A DNA stretch of 64,000 bases from NCBI RefSeq assembly GCF_009914755.1, contig NC_060925.1; one strand, written 5' to 3'. The notes below the pieces were generated by a model. It did no database searches. It saw nothing but the letters and a program-made list of their open reading frames with translations, and had not been told where the DNA came from. The DNA is from the human T2T-CHM13v2.0 reference genome, Homo sapiens. Shown piece by piece: positions 42,654 to 64,000 of the stretch. How positions within the stretch are numbered: the stretch's first letter is position 1; each line of letters begins with the position of its first letter. A program made the position numbers and the translations under genes.

Positions 42654-43553
42654 TATAGACTTTTCCTTTTCTTTCTTTTTGCACTGTCTTCAGATTACCT
42701 CTTCTCATATCCCCTTTTCCACCACTGGACCAACTACACTGTTGCTGATGATTGCTGTGGTGATGAGGCAGGACGGGAGTGAACAAGTAGAGAGTTTACC
42801 AGCTCTCCCCTGTCCTTTCCTTCTCTGCCCCAGTTTGCAGACACCCATCCCCCAACATGTGCTTGCTCACATTCTGGTTCAAAAGAGCCTTCAGTCTTCT
42901 CAGAGGGTTCTCAATTATATGTTAGTTTATCATGTCCATGATTATTTCTCTTTTGTAGCTTTTCTCTGCTATAGTTCTGTAGTTTACAGTTGTGGAGGAA
43001 GGTACCAGCAGTACAAGCTGGTTCATTGGCTTGTCAAAAACTTGATCAGGGAGGATGTTAGCAATATGATGCAAGAACAACCAAGAAGAAATATCAGGTA
43101 TGAAAAATATAACTGTTGAAACAAAATGCATAATAGCTGAAGTATGAATCAGGATAGATACAGCTAAGGACTGAATTAGGAACCTGCAAGATCATTGCAA
43201 AGACCTATGCAAGAATGCAGGGGAAAGTAAAACAGCTTTTCTTTAAAAAAAGAAAAGAAACAATAGGGATATGAAGGATAAAAATATCAGTATTCAGATA
43301 ATAGAGATTCCATAGGGAGAAAAACATAAAGTTGAAAATTGAGCCTATAATATAGAGCCAAAGAGAGAGAGAGAGAAAACCCCAAAATTAGACATTTTAC
43401 TGAGAATTAGAATCATCAAAGACTGCAAGAAATTTTTAGAATGTTTTCAGAGAGAAAAACATACAAAAGAACAAGCATTAGATTGACCTGAGACCTCTCA
43501 GTAACAATGCTGGATGCAAGAAGACAAAGAAGTAATATTTTTAAAGTGTTGTG

Positions 43554-43797
43554 CAGTCATCCCTAGGTTTATGTGGGGGATTGGTTCCAGAACCCCCATA
43601 TATATATCCACGTCTGCACATGCTCAAGTCCTGCAGTTGGCCCTGTAGAACCCACCCATGTATATGAAAAGTCGGCTGCCTGTATGTGTGGGTTTCATAT
43701 CCCACAAATACCATATTTTTTATCTAATTTGGTTGAAAAAAATCTGCATATAAGTGGACCCCTGCAGTTCACACTCAAGTTTTCAAAGGGTCTACTG
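43554..43797. mobile_element. MER2-like Tigger MITE
   Basis: CAGTCATCCCT...GGGTCTACTG|TA inverted ends; gggggattggttccag motif. Confidence 0.75.
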
Positions 43798-45714
43798 TAC
43801 ATTGAATTTTACATACAGACAAATTGACATGAAACATGAAGATACAATTTAAAAATTCTGGACTTAACAACCATAGTTTCTGGTATACAAAATCTCAGAA
43901 CCTATGTCATACAAAAACTTACTTTGAAAAACCCTTGGAAGAAATATTCAAATTAGAGGAAAATAAATACAACAGATGTTGTATAGAAATGTGAAGTTAG
44001 GGTGATTAAATAATTTGGCAAATTAATTGTTATCTTAAAAAATCAAAGTGTGATGAAAACACAAATTAAAAACCATATTCATAAAAACCCAGAACTAAAT
44101 TCTGTCTAGACCATATCAGTTGTGTGTGTGTTATTGTTGTTGTTGTTATATGTATTGGTGGGGGAGAGAGAAAGAAGAGTCCAGAGACATAAGAGAACAT
44201 GCTAAACTACTTGCCTTATTGGAGGAAAGAAATAGGTATTTATAAGTTTAGTAAGTCAGGATGAATAAATAAACAAATATGTCTTAAGAGCAAAGACCAT
44301 AAAAACAAAAATAAAATACGTTCTTTTAAACCAGCAAAAGAAAATCGTATCTACTCAGTGAAGAGTAAAATTAGAAAAGAAAAAAAAGTATCAGTAATGA
44401 AAAACATGAAATAAAATGGAAGAAATAAGTAATAATATAAAGTGATTATGAGAAATGTAAATAGGTTAAACAACCAATCAAAAGAGAACATCTCAAATTG
44501 AGCATTTTGAAAGATCCAACAATATACTGTTTACAGAAGACAACTTTACAACAAAAGAATACAAAAAGTTTGAAAATAAAGAAAATATGATCCAAAAGAA
44601 AGCTGAAGCAACAATCTTAATATCTAATAGAAAAATTCAAAGGACAAAAAAGGAAACCATACTTGTTGAAAGAATAGTAGAGCAAACACATATGCACCTG
44701 ACAATATTGCAACAAAAAAATAAGGTAATCGACAGAACTTCATAGCAAATAAATAAATTAATCATTTTAATTGGAAGTTTTAACACAAAAAAATTATTGA
44801 GGAGGAAATGGAGTCTTCAGAAATGAATAGGTTTAGCAGAGAAAAAGCAGTGATATAGAAATCTGAGTATTTTAATTAATAAGCTTTATTTATATCCAAC
44901 AGAAAACACACAATCTTTTTGGGCATATATGAAACAATTTTAAAAATTAATCATATATTAATCCACAAAGAAAGTTACAAGAAAGTCTAATGAATGAATG
45001 TTATCAAGAATATATTTTTCAATCATAATGAATTAAAATTATAAAATATTTTTCAAAAGCATAGTGAAAAAACTGTTAGATTACTAGAGAACATTTTTCC
45101 AAAACTATGTTATTTCTAGAAATAGAATTTTTTTCTAGAAATGCATTATTTCTAGAAAACCCAGAAAACAATTATTAATAGTTGGTCTAACAGTAAAATG
45201 AAAGTTCTGATAATAAAATAATAATAACAAATGAAGCTAATAAATATATAAAACTGGTAATGAAAACACTTCAAAATTTGAAGACCACATCTACAGTAGG
45301 TTTTAGAGACAGATGTATAGCTTTAATTACATTTATCAAGATATAAGACAGATTGAAAACAAAGAGTAATACTCAAGAATACAGGGAAGGGACAAGCAAA
45401 GAAACAGAAAGAAAGAAATAATAACAAAGATAGAACAGATATCAATGACCTAGAGAAAAACAACAACAAAACAGAGAAGATTAATAAAACCTTAAACTGG
45501 TGTTTCAGAAAGATTAATAAGATAGATGTGACAAGGCTACTAAAGTGAAAAAAAAAGAGGTAGAAAGTACAAATTTAAAAACTGAATGCAAATGGGGAAA
45601 TAACCACAGACACAGCAGAGGTTTTAAAATTAATAATTAATATTGTAATAATTATACAATACAAATTTAATTAATAATTAAAATGTAATAAATTAATACA
45701 TTTTTAAAAGTACT

Positions 45715-46123
<409 letters not shown>

Positions 46124-46397
46124 TCATGATGAAGTGGAGTTTATCCCAGCAATGTAAGGAAATGGCAACATAAAAATAACCTACCAATAAAATTACAACA
46201 TTAATAGTCTAAAGGAGAAAAATCATGATTATATTAACGTATGCATGGATGGAAGGGGTAAAACCAAATATTTACTCAAAAGCCTTAACAGGCTAGGAAT
46301 AGAAGCTCTTGCCATCATTGCTAACAGGCCCCCTTCTAATGATGAAAGTTTACCTGGACACATGGTTGTGAAGTTAAGACTACGTTTTCCATCCACT

Positions 46398-46696
46398 CTT
46401 TTTTTTTTTTTTTTTTTTTGAAACTGAGGTTTGCTGTGTCACCCAGGCTGGAGCACAGTGGCACAATCACTGCAGCCTCGACCTCCTCAGCTCAGGTGAT
46501 CCTCCCACCTCAGCCTCCCAAGTAGCTGGGACCACAGGTGCATGCCACATCTGGCTAATTTTTAAATTATCATTATTTGTAGAGACGGGGTCTCCCTATG
46601 TCGCCAAGCTGGTCTCAACCTTCTGGGCTCGAGCGATCCTCTGCCTTAGCTTCCCAAAAGTACTGGGATTATAGAACTGAGTTATTGTGCCTGGCC
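46398..46696 (-). mobile_element. Alu (AluJ-like)
   Basis: TSD CCATCCACTCTT. Confidence 0.93.
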
Positions 46697-46944
46697 CCAT
46701 CCACTCTTGCTATGTATTAAATAGACTCTGGTCAAAGGGATACATTTTGAGCATCTGGCACTGCTGAGTCAAATGAACAAATCGTACAGCATTTGGCATC
46801 AAAAAATTCACTCCTGGCTATACATTAACACATCTTAGAGAAGTACCCACACGGACCCATAATGTCTGTTCTTGTAAAGAATTGTAGGTACTCTAGGTCA
46901 TGACCAGGAGAATGGATAAGTAAAATTTGGTACTTGCATGGAAT

Positions 46945-46947
46945 GTT

Positions 46948-46986
<39 letters not shown>

Positions 46987-47164
46987 TGAGGCGGAGTCTC
47001 GCTCTGTTGCCCAGGCTGGAGTGCAGTGGTGCAATCTCAGGTCACTGCAAGAGACAGGGTTTCACGGTGTTAGCCAGGATGGTCTCGATCTCCTGACCTC
47101 ATGATCCGCCCGCCCTGGCCTCCCAAAGTGCTGGGATTACAGGCATGAACCACCGCGCCCAGCC
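46945..47164 (-). mobile_element. Internally deleted Alu with (TTG)n tail
   Basis: Jumps from ...cactgcaa directly to gagacagggtttc at about 47050. Confidence 0.9.
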
Positions 47165-48890
47165 ATTTACATGGAATTTTATTAGCAACTAGAGACAACA
47201 GATTAAAAGAGTACCCAGCAACAAGAAGACACCTTAAAAACAATACTGCTAATCAGTAGTTGCCAAGGGAAAGCAAATAGAAAGGAGTAGCATGCGGGAG
47301 CTCCTTTATGGTGATGGACCAGTTCAGTATCTTGATTGTGGTGGTTACATGAATGTATATGTGGGATTAAATTGCATAGAACTACACACACACACACACA
47401 CAAAGAGAGAGAGAGAGATAGAGAGAGAGGGCAGTTCATGTGAAAACCAAATTAAAATTTGTGATTTAGTTAATAGTATTGCACCAATACCTATTTCCTG
47501 GTTTTGATATTGTAATGCTGGTAAATAAGTTACCACTGTTGGAGAAATCTGGGTTAAGGGTCCACTAGACTCCAGGTTCGATTTTTGTAACTTCCTTGGA
47601 GTGTGTAATTGGGTGGGTAAGTCTATTGACTATTCCAGGACAAATTAGACATTCTGCAGACAATTAGAAGGAGAAGCCAAAAGTAAGCAAAAACCATCCA
47701 TACAAATATTATAGAACCAGAGTCTTGCAATAATGGCAGAACTAGGAAAAAGAACATGAGGGTTATCACTAAAAACAATACTTAGATTTTTGTTCTCTTA
47801 ATTTCATTTCCTGATCACGAATTTTATGGTATATTTGTGTGGCATGAAGTTGATATTTGGCTTATAAGAATGTGACTGTGAAGAGCTTGGTGCTCAGGAA
47901 TTTCTGTAACATCACAACAAGGTATCTTCTGCTCTCTATTATAGCAGTGAAGAAACACTTGTCTTTAATAAAAAAAAAACTTATTAAAAAAAAAACACAG
48001 CATTGCTTAAAATCCGTCTTATTTCTATTTCTCCAAAGAAAAAGGACCAACTTTTTACTGCCATCGTTTGAAGCACTTCCAGCCTGGCCCCTGCATGCCT
48101 CTCCTGTGGCAGCGCTCTGCATGCCTACCCCCATGTCTAAGTTCCAGGCATAGTCAACTTTATTTGGTTCTTTAAATATGCCACTTTCTCTCTTTCTGGC
48201 CCTATGCCCATGCCATCCTTACTGCCTTATTTAGCTAACTACTATGTATTCTTCAGATCTCAGCTTAAACATCATTCTTTTTACTTAAAACCCTCAACAT
48301 CTTCCTAACACTTAGAATAGAGCACTAGCTGGGCTGATTCCTGAATTCCCCATAGCACCCTGATGTCTGGCCCCTTTTACAACCATCCTGACATTTCAGA
48401 GCAGTTACTTGCCTAGTGCCTGCCTTCTAGGTTGGGCTATGTCCTAGGTCTGTCTTGTTCGCTTCAGAATTGCCAGTACTTAGCATGGTGCCTGAAACAT
48501 AGTAGATGCTGAATAAATATTTTTAAACAATATATTTGCCTGGGTGTGACTGGTTGGGAGCAAGGGGTCTGCCTTAGGAACCAGATCCCTGAGCTGAAGT
48601 ATGAAAATGGGGCTGGTCAGGACTCATCTGAGAACTGGCACAGGGTTGTATGTGCTGGGAAGCTGATGACTGGGACCATCCATGAGAAGCAGGGCAGATA
48701 GCAGCCAGAAAACAGCCCAGGGACCTGAGGCAGGTTCCCCACTCACACTACATGATCGCTGCATGAAGTGGCTTGGAGAAAATAGAGAAACAATTCCCAG
48801 AAAAAAAAAGACATCACTTTGAATGTTTGAATCTTCTTCCACCCTCACCATTAGCAGGCTGCCCATTAACCTTCAGGGGGCTTAAGAAGA

Positions 48891-49197
<307 letters not shown>

Positions 49198-49340
49198 TCA
49201 AGAAGTGGGTTTCCTCCTGTCAGAGAGAGCAGTCCACAGAGACTAGCTGCTTCATTTACTCCTGTCTCAAGGTCAAGGGCATCAAGGTTAATGTTATAGG
49301 ATGCCTTGGAAGCAAAGCTAGCTTTAAGAGTACTGACATT

Positions 49341-55819
<6,479 letters not shown>

Positions 55820-55836
55820 AATAGTACTAACATTAA

Positions 55837-56190
55837 GATTGGTGTGGTAGCTTATGCCTATAATCCCAACACTTTGGGAAGCCAGGCTAGGAGGATGACT
55901 TGAGCCCAGGAGTTCAAGACCAGCCTAGGCAACATAGTGAGACCTGGTGTCTACAAAAAATAAACAAATAAATAAATAAGCTGGGCATGGTGGTGCATCC
56001 ATGCCTTTAGTCCCAGCTACTTGAGAGACTGAGGTGGTAAGACTACTTGAGCCTGGGAGGTTGAGGCTGTAGTGAGCCAAGATCATACTACTGTACTTCA
56101 GCCTGGATGACAGAGCAAGACTGTCTAAAAAAACAAAAACAAATACAAAAACAAAATAAATAAACAACAACAACAACAAAAAAATAAAAC
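55837..56190 (+). mobile_element. Alu (AluJ-like) abutting the L1 3' TSD
   Basis: Dimeric Alu followed by AGAGTACTAACATC at 56191-56204. Confidence 0.9.
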
Positions 56191-56717
56191 AGAGTACTAA
56201 CATCAGCAATAGCCCAGTGCCACCAGAGTTACCTGAGGTAAGACTGTTACAGACCCAGTGAGTGTTCCAATGAATAAATGAACCCCACACCAATAAGTCC
56301 ATTAGGAGAGGCAAACCTGGACAGGAAGAGACAAGGTGCCTGTGACCTAGATTGGTCACTGTGTCATCACCTGCCCTTGCAGAGCTGATAAAGGGATTCA
56401 GCTGTGACTGTTGGTTACACCATAAAAACACATTTCTCTAAGAAAGCAAGGAGGAGCAAAAGAACAGAAATTCCTGCTACTTAGGGACTAGTGCACTTGT
56501 CAGCAGTGTGTCATATCACTTACCTCTCAGGGGCAGGATTTTCTTAGAAGCTTTAGTTAGGGATGTGGAAGAAAATCTCCATCTATGCTTCACAAAGATC
56601 TGTGTCTCAGGACCAGGTCCAAGGAGAGCCCACTGGTGTGATTTCTGAGAGATTAGTAAATCCTGCTGCCCCCTAAGTGGCTCCATACCACTGGCTGATA
56701 ACTGAAATTCCACTATT

Positions 56718-57339
<622 letters not shown>

Positions 57340-57354
57340 GAAATGCCACTATTA

Positions 57355-57678
<324 letters not shown>

Positions 57679-58545
57679 TTATGTTTTTCAGCATGAAGCA
57701 GTGATGAGCAACTTGAGGACTGAGATCTACATGGAAGAACCACCAGACTGGTGAATGATTTTCAGGATGAATGTCCAGATACTAACTTGTTAGTGACTAA
57801 AAAGCCATGACAGTTTCCTCATTGACATTTCTTTTATTCAGTAAAGCAAGTATTCCAAGTCTTGAGAATCTATGTTGTTTTCCTTGCATTTTCATTTCAT
57901 GGAAAATAAATGGTATGCAAAGAAGGCTGCTCACCTCTGGTTTAAGAGTTTGAATACTGTTAAAATGCAAATCATCACAGAAGAGTGCAGCTTAAAAACA
58001 ACAACAACAACAACTTTATTTTTTAGAGCAGTTTTAGGTTCACAGCAAAATTGAGAGGAAGATACAGAGATTTCCTATGTACCCACTTCCTTCATAAAGT
58101 CATAGCCTCCTGAATTATCCACATCCCCCACCAGAGTGGTACATTCGTTACAATGATGAACCCACACTGACACATCATTGTCATCCAAAGTTTACATTAG
58201 GGTTCACTCTTTATGTGCATTCTGTGGGTTTGGACAAATACATAATGAGATGTATCCACTATTAGACCATACAGAGTAGTTTCACTGCCCTGAAAATCCT
58301 CTGTGCTCTGCCTGTTCATCCCTCCTTCCCCCTAACCTCAGGTAACCACTGATCTTTTCGACTTCTCCATAGTTTAGCCTTTTCCAGAATGTCATATGGT
58401 ATGTAACTTTTTCATATTAGCTTCTTTTGCTTAGTAATACGGATTTAATATTTCTCCATGTCTTTTCATGGTGCGGTGGCTCATTTGTTTTTAACATTGA
58501 ATAATATTCCATTGTCTGGATGTTACTATAGTTTATTTATCCATT

Positions 58546-59512
<967 letters not shown>

Positions 59513-59981
59513 CATTCACCTACTGAAGGATATCTTGGTTGCTTTTAAGAATTGGTTATTATGAATAAAGCTGAGTGCAGCCCTTTTTGTATGGAAGGAA
59601 GAGCATTTTGGCAAGGGTGCTGAAGGCATAGAAATGGTAGAAAGGGGCAGGAGATTAATGTGGGGAAGGGAGTTGGGGCAACCCACCCCGTACACAGCTC
59701 TGCCTGTGGCCAGCCCTGCTCAGAATATACTGGGCCTTAGAGCCCCATAGCAGAGGAAATGAGGCTGTGGCATGCAGGGCAGCTGGCCTGGTGCCCTCCT
59801 AAGTAGCTGTCAATCCCATGGAGCCCTCCACTAGTAGCCTCCAAGAGCTGCCTAGATGTTAGAAGAGAAATCTGTCCTTTTTAAAGCCAGGAAGTCCCCC
59901 CTTCCAGAGAAGGGACTCTTTCCTCAACCTGGAGCTCAGAGGAGAATCTGTGCTGGAAAGGCTAACGGAGTCTTGATCAGT

Positions 59982-60512
59982 GGGAGCACTCCTTGGGGGA
60001 GCACTCCTCAGGGGAAACACTTCTCAGGGGGACCTCTCCTCAGAGGGAATACCCTTCAGGGAAGCACTTCTCAGGGGCACTTCTCAGGGGAGCACTCCTC
60101 AGCGGGAGCACATCTCAGGGGAACTCTCCTCAGAGGGAACACTCTTAGGGGTAACTCTCCTCAAGGGAAACACTCCTCAGGGGAGCACTCCTCAGGGGGA
60201 GCATTCCTCAGGGGGGAACACTCCTTAGGAGGAGCACTCCTTGAGATTACCGCAAGGCAGCTAGTCAACAACCCGTCCATTGTTCCAGGTGGACTGAGAC
60301 CCAAGATAGCCACCGAAACAAGACACATGGATGTTGTACTCAGCACAGCTCCTGCATGCTTCACACGTCAAGTTCTTCTTCTTTTTTTTTTTTCTTTTTT
60401 TTTCTTTTTTGACAGAGTCTCTCCTCAGAGGGAGCACTCCTCAGGAGTAATTCTCCTCAGGGGTAACTTCTCTTAAGGGGAAGTCTTCACAGGGACCATT
60501 CCTCAAAGGGAG
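59982..60512. repeat. Degenerate ~16-bp minisatellite (GGGAGCACTCCTCAGG)n, interrupted
   Basis: Roughly 20 variant units, with a non-repeat insert at 60243-60421. Confidence 0.9.
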
Positions 60513-60641
60513 CTTTCTTTCCTCTATGTGCTTTCCACCTGGCAGGTTCTCAGAGCCATATGTGCTCCCACTTCCTTACAGGGCAGGATCAGATACCACC
60601 ATTTACACCCTCACTGAAAAGGCAGTCACACACACTCATAC

Positions 60642-61170
60642 TGTAAGGGAGGAAAAATATCTTTTTCTTGACCCAACTTAGATTCATGGCTGAGGCCCCT
60701 GTAACAAAAAACAGATTAAAAAAAAAGAAAGGTCAAAAACAATGTATTTAACATAAATTTTACATGACACAGGAGCCCTCATCAGGAAATGAGGAAACAG
60801 GTAAGCCTGAATATTTTCATGCTAGGTTTGATGAAGCACGGACAATCGTGGAGAAATATGAGAGGAGGACAAAAGGGAACTATTAATGGTGACAAAACTG
60901 GGGAAAACTTAGCAAGCCTTGTTGTTCAGATTCCCCTCCATGTCCCTGTGTCTCCAGGGACAAGGATGCTCCTTTCCCCTGGGTGTAGGGAGGGAACCGT
61001 TCACCTCTCATGTGAAGGTTTTATGACCTGCTTCAGGGGAAGGTGAGAAAATCCTTCCTACGTTTTATGGAGAAGATTGGGGAAGGTTAGAGAGACTTTC
61101 CTGCACATGCTGTTTTCTCAAATTCCTTCAGCTTAGAATATTTTGGACTAGCATGTCCTGAGCCCCATCA
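60642..61170 (-). mobile_element. ERV1 solo LTR (MER39/MER34-like)
   Basis: TG...CA-bounded segment with family-typical phrases. Family from memory. Confidence 0.55.
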
Positions 61171-61699
61171 ACACTGATGCTTTCCCTTGCTAGGCCATGT
61201 GAACCTTATGAAAAAAAAATCTAGTGGCTTCTAGGAATTTCAGCAAGTATGTAAAGAAAATGCCAAGGACAGTCAGAGAACCCGTCTCTTTGCACCCCAA
61301 ATCGTACTATGCTTGTGGCTGGTCCTGGAGTGCAACCTGGAGCTCTGAGAAGGGCTGGGAATTAATAATAAGCCATCTCTTCTGTGTGCTGCCCTGAGAT
61401 GTGGGAGCACCTGGCTTGGACCCCTGCACAATGCAATTATTGTACCTTCAGCCCAGGGATCTGAGCCCCCTGAGCTGGCAGGAGCTCTCAGAACATCCAC
61501 CGTGAGGCAGGCATGTGCTATGTGATGTCAGCACTGGTGCTGCCATGAAACAAGCTCATGGAAACAAGTTGGGCAGAAAGGTTTTGAAAAGTCAGGAACA
61601 TCTTGTTGAATAACAAAAAACGAGTACGATGTAAGAACTTGTTTTTAGTGGAAAATGACTCTTCACATGACTTCTGTATGTTCACCTCTCTACCAGTCG

Positions 61700-62150
61700 G
61701 TTAACTGGCAGGAAGCAGGATGTCACTCAGATGGCTCAACTAGAGACTTCAATAGAGGGACCACTTAGGAAGTGTAGGCAAGGTCAAGGAAGCCAATAGG
61801 GATGTTGAGGCACCTAGAGGCTAGGAACTGCAGGAAGCTGTTGCTCTCCTAGACCAGAAGGGACAAGGGGTCCAATGAGAGCTGCAGCTGTAGAGAAGGG
61901 GTCCCCTGGAGAGAGCAGCAGCCATGGAAAAACAGCTGCAGTCAAGATAGAGCACAAGAGCAGGAAAGGGTGTGGGAAAACTCCAACTTCTCTTTCCTCC
62001 TTGTTGGCGCCTCCCATTGGCCAACCCAACTGGAAGTCAGGTGGTCAGGGAGTGCAGGTGTTTCAGCCCATAGGGGTCAACTTCCTGAGGCACAGAAAGT
62101 CAGAGAAGGCTGGTGAATGGACTCCAGTGTAGGGGGCCAGGTGGAGACTT
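61700..62150. mobile_element. MLT1-type LTR fragment
   Basis: cctcccattggccaacccaactggaagtcag motif typical of old MaLR LTRs. Confidence 0.55.
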
Positions 62151-62873
62151 AACTGGTATTGTTATGTTGGGTGTGTACATTCTCTAGATACAGTACGGTT
62201 ATAAAATCCATTCCAGATGCGAGTCCCCTGCATTTCCATTCCATGTGTCCTCCGCCTCCCCCACTTCACTGTACTTACTAGGATCCATCCTGATCTTCAT
62301 GAATCATGAAGACTACCTTGGATCTGCTACATATATGAGTCAGACTATTGGCTCTTTGAGAAACTCATTTGCTTTCTGTCCCATAGACATTGGTCAGTAA
62401 ATGTATAATGGCGGAAGGGCTGCAATGGGATTAGAGAGAGTTAGTGTTCATCTTTCACTAAGATCTGCTTCCACTCCCAGCTGGCTTCCAGGGAATAAAG
62501 CCTCCTCACAGAACACACAGAGGTGGTGCAGAGAAAGCCCTAGGACCACACGAATACCACCAGACCTTGAAATGTGGGAAAAGAGGGCTGTAGGAGGCAA
62601 TTCTGAATTTTTGTTGGCATGAATGAGCACATAAAATCACTTAGAGTGTTCAGGAAATTTTTCAGCCCTCTTCATTAGCTATCTTGCCTCCTTCCCCCTC
62701 AACTTTATTTTTTGTTTGTTTACTTCTTCTTTCAGGGGACCAGAAAAATCTAAGATGTGCTATTTATTTACTCATTCATTCATCCATACATTCCTTCAGT
62801 CATTTTTTACTGCAAATATCTATGGTGCCAGGCACTGTGTTAGGCACTGGCTTTAGAAGGGTGAAAATTATGA

Positions 62874-63239
<366 letters not shown>

Positions 63240-64000
63240 TTAAGGTGTACACACACATTGATTTCCCAAGTCTTATCAGCCTTGGGGGTAAACAAGGGCA
63301 TGAGTGACAAGTGCAATGGTATTTAACTCTGAACACCCACAAGCAGTTGTTAAACTCCAAGCCCCACTGAGAGTCCTAGAGGCAAACACTCCCAAAAGCT
63401 GCAGAGGTTTTCCCACATCATTACCATCATGTGCCAGACAGCCCTGCTGCTGCTGTTGCCTGAGCAGGAAAACCAGGGACAGTGTCTCTGCATTGGGAGC
63501 CTTGGGTGGGCTTATGAAGCAGTTTCTGTTGAATCTCCTGCATCCAGTGCGATTTCCACATTCTCAGAGAAAGCCCTGTGGCCCTAGAATCTCCTTTCAT
63601 CTAGGCTGTCACTCTTTTTCAGTGTCTCAAAGAAAGCACCTACAATTTATTGAATCATTTAGTTATTTTACCTAGAGCAATTTCAGTCAAAATATATATG
63701 ATATGAGACCTTTTCCTGTTTTGCAAAAATATTAGAGCATAGGAAAGTGCTGACTGGGGAAGATGGGGAGGGGAGATTCCTGGGGATTGGAGGACCAAAC
63801 AGAGGAGCCCGAGGGCCAAGACCAAACTTCCTTACTTCACACCCTTACCAGGGGTGGCCCTGCTGGGTTGCAGCAGACAAATAAAGGTTGTGGGCCTTCT
63901 GTGTCCTGTTAGGCAACAATAGTGGGTGCCTTAGGTGGGTGTAAAGTTCTTGATGATTTATGACATGCCAGAACTTGCCTGTGCTTAAAAAAAAGTCCTA

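Noticed and set aside
47384-47428. (CA)n(GA)n tract and similar microsatellites
   Set aside because: Ordinary simple repeats within old L1 or Alu tails.
59856-60512. CRISPR-like array or 206-aa repeat protein
   Set aside because: Units are contiguous and degenerate with no unique spacers or cas genes, in a human context; the ORF is a by-product of a stop-poor repeat running into LTR/Alu sequence.

Overview
This is eukaryotic, repeat-rich primate DNA that I recognise as the human CD2 locus (1p13). It contains the complete five-exon CD2 gene on the + strand (ATG 18936, stop 33226, 1056 nt spliced CDS, 351 aa), with its TATA-less E-box promoter, two poly(A) signals and the 3' enhancer/LCR region. 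Upstream are an NEFH processed pseudogene (3843-7094, minus), a pol-deleted class I ERV provirus with both LTRs and a 4-bp TSD (7838-13036), and several solo LTRs. Downstream are an FTH1 processed pseudogene inside an old L1, a full-length decayed L1PB-type element (49341-55819), about 25 Alus across the window, DNA-transposon fossils and a 16-bp minisatellite. I see no evidence for a new multi-gene system; most ORF-track entries are repeat-derived noise. The structural oddities worth checking are an ~840-bp near-identical duplication in CD2 intron 2, a ~180-bp locally templated patch inside the minisatellite, a 60-bp TSD-flanked retro-fragment of an unknown mRNA end, two sites hit twice by retrotransposition, a uORF abutting the CD2 start, an in-frame stalk-extending splice acceptor, and an LCR motif that appears to be an L2 tail. 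Repeat subfamily names and literature links are from memory, not from database searches.
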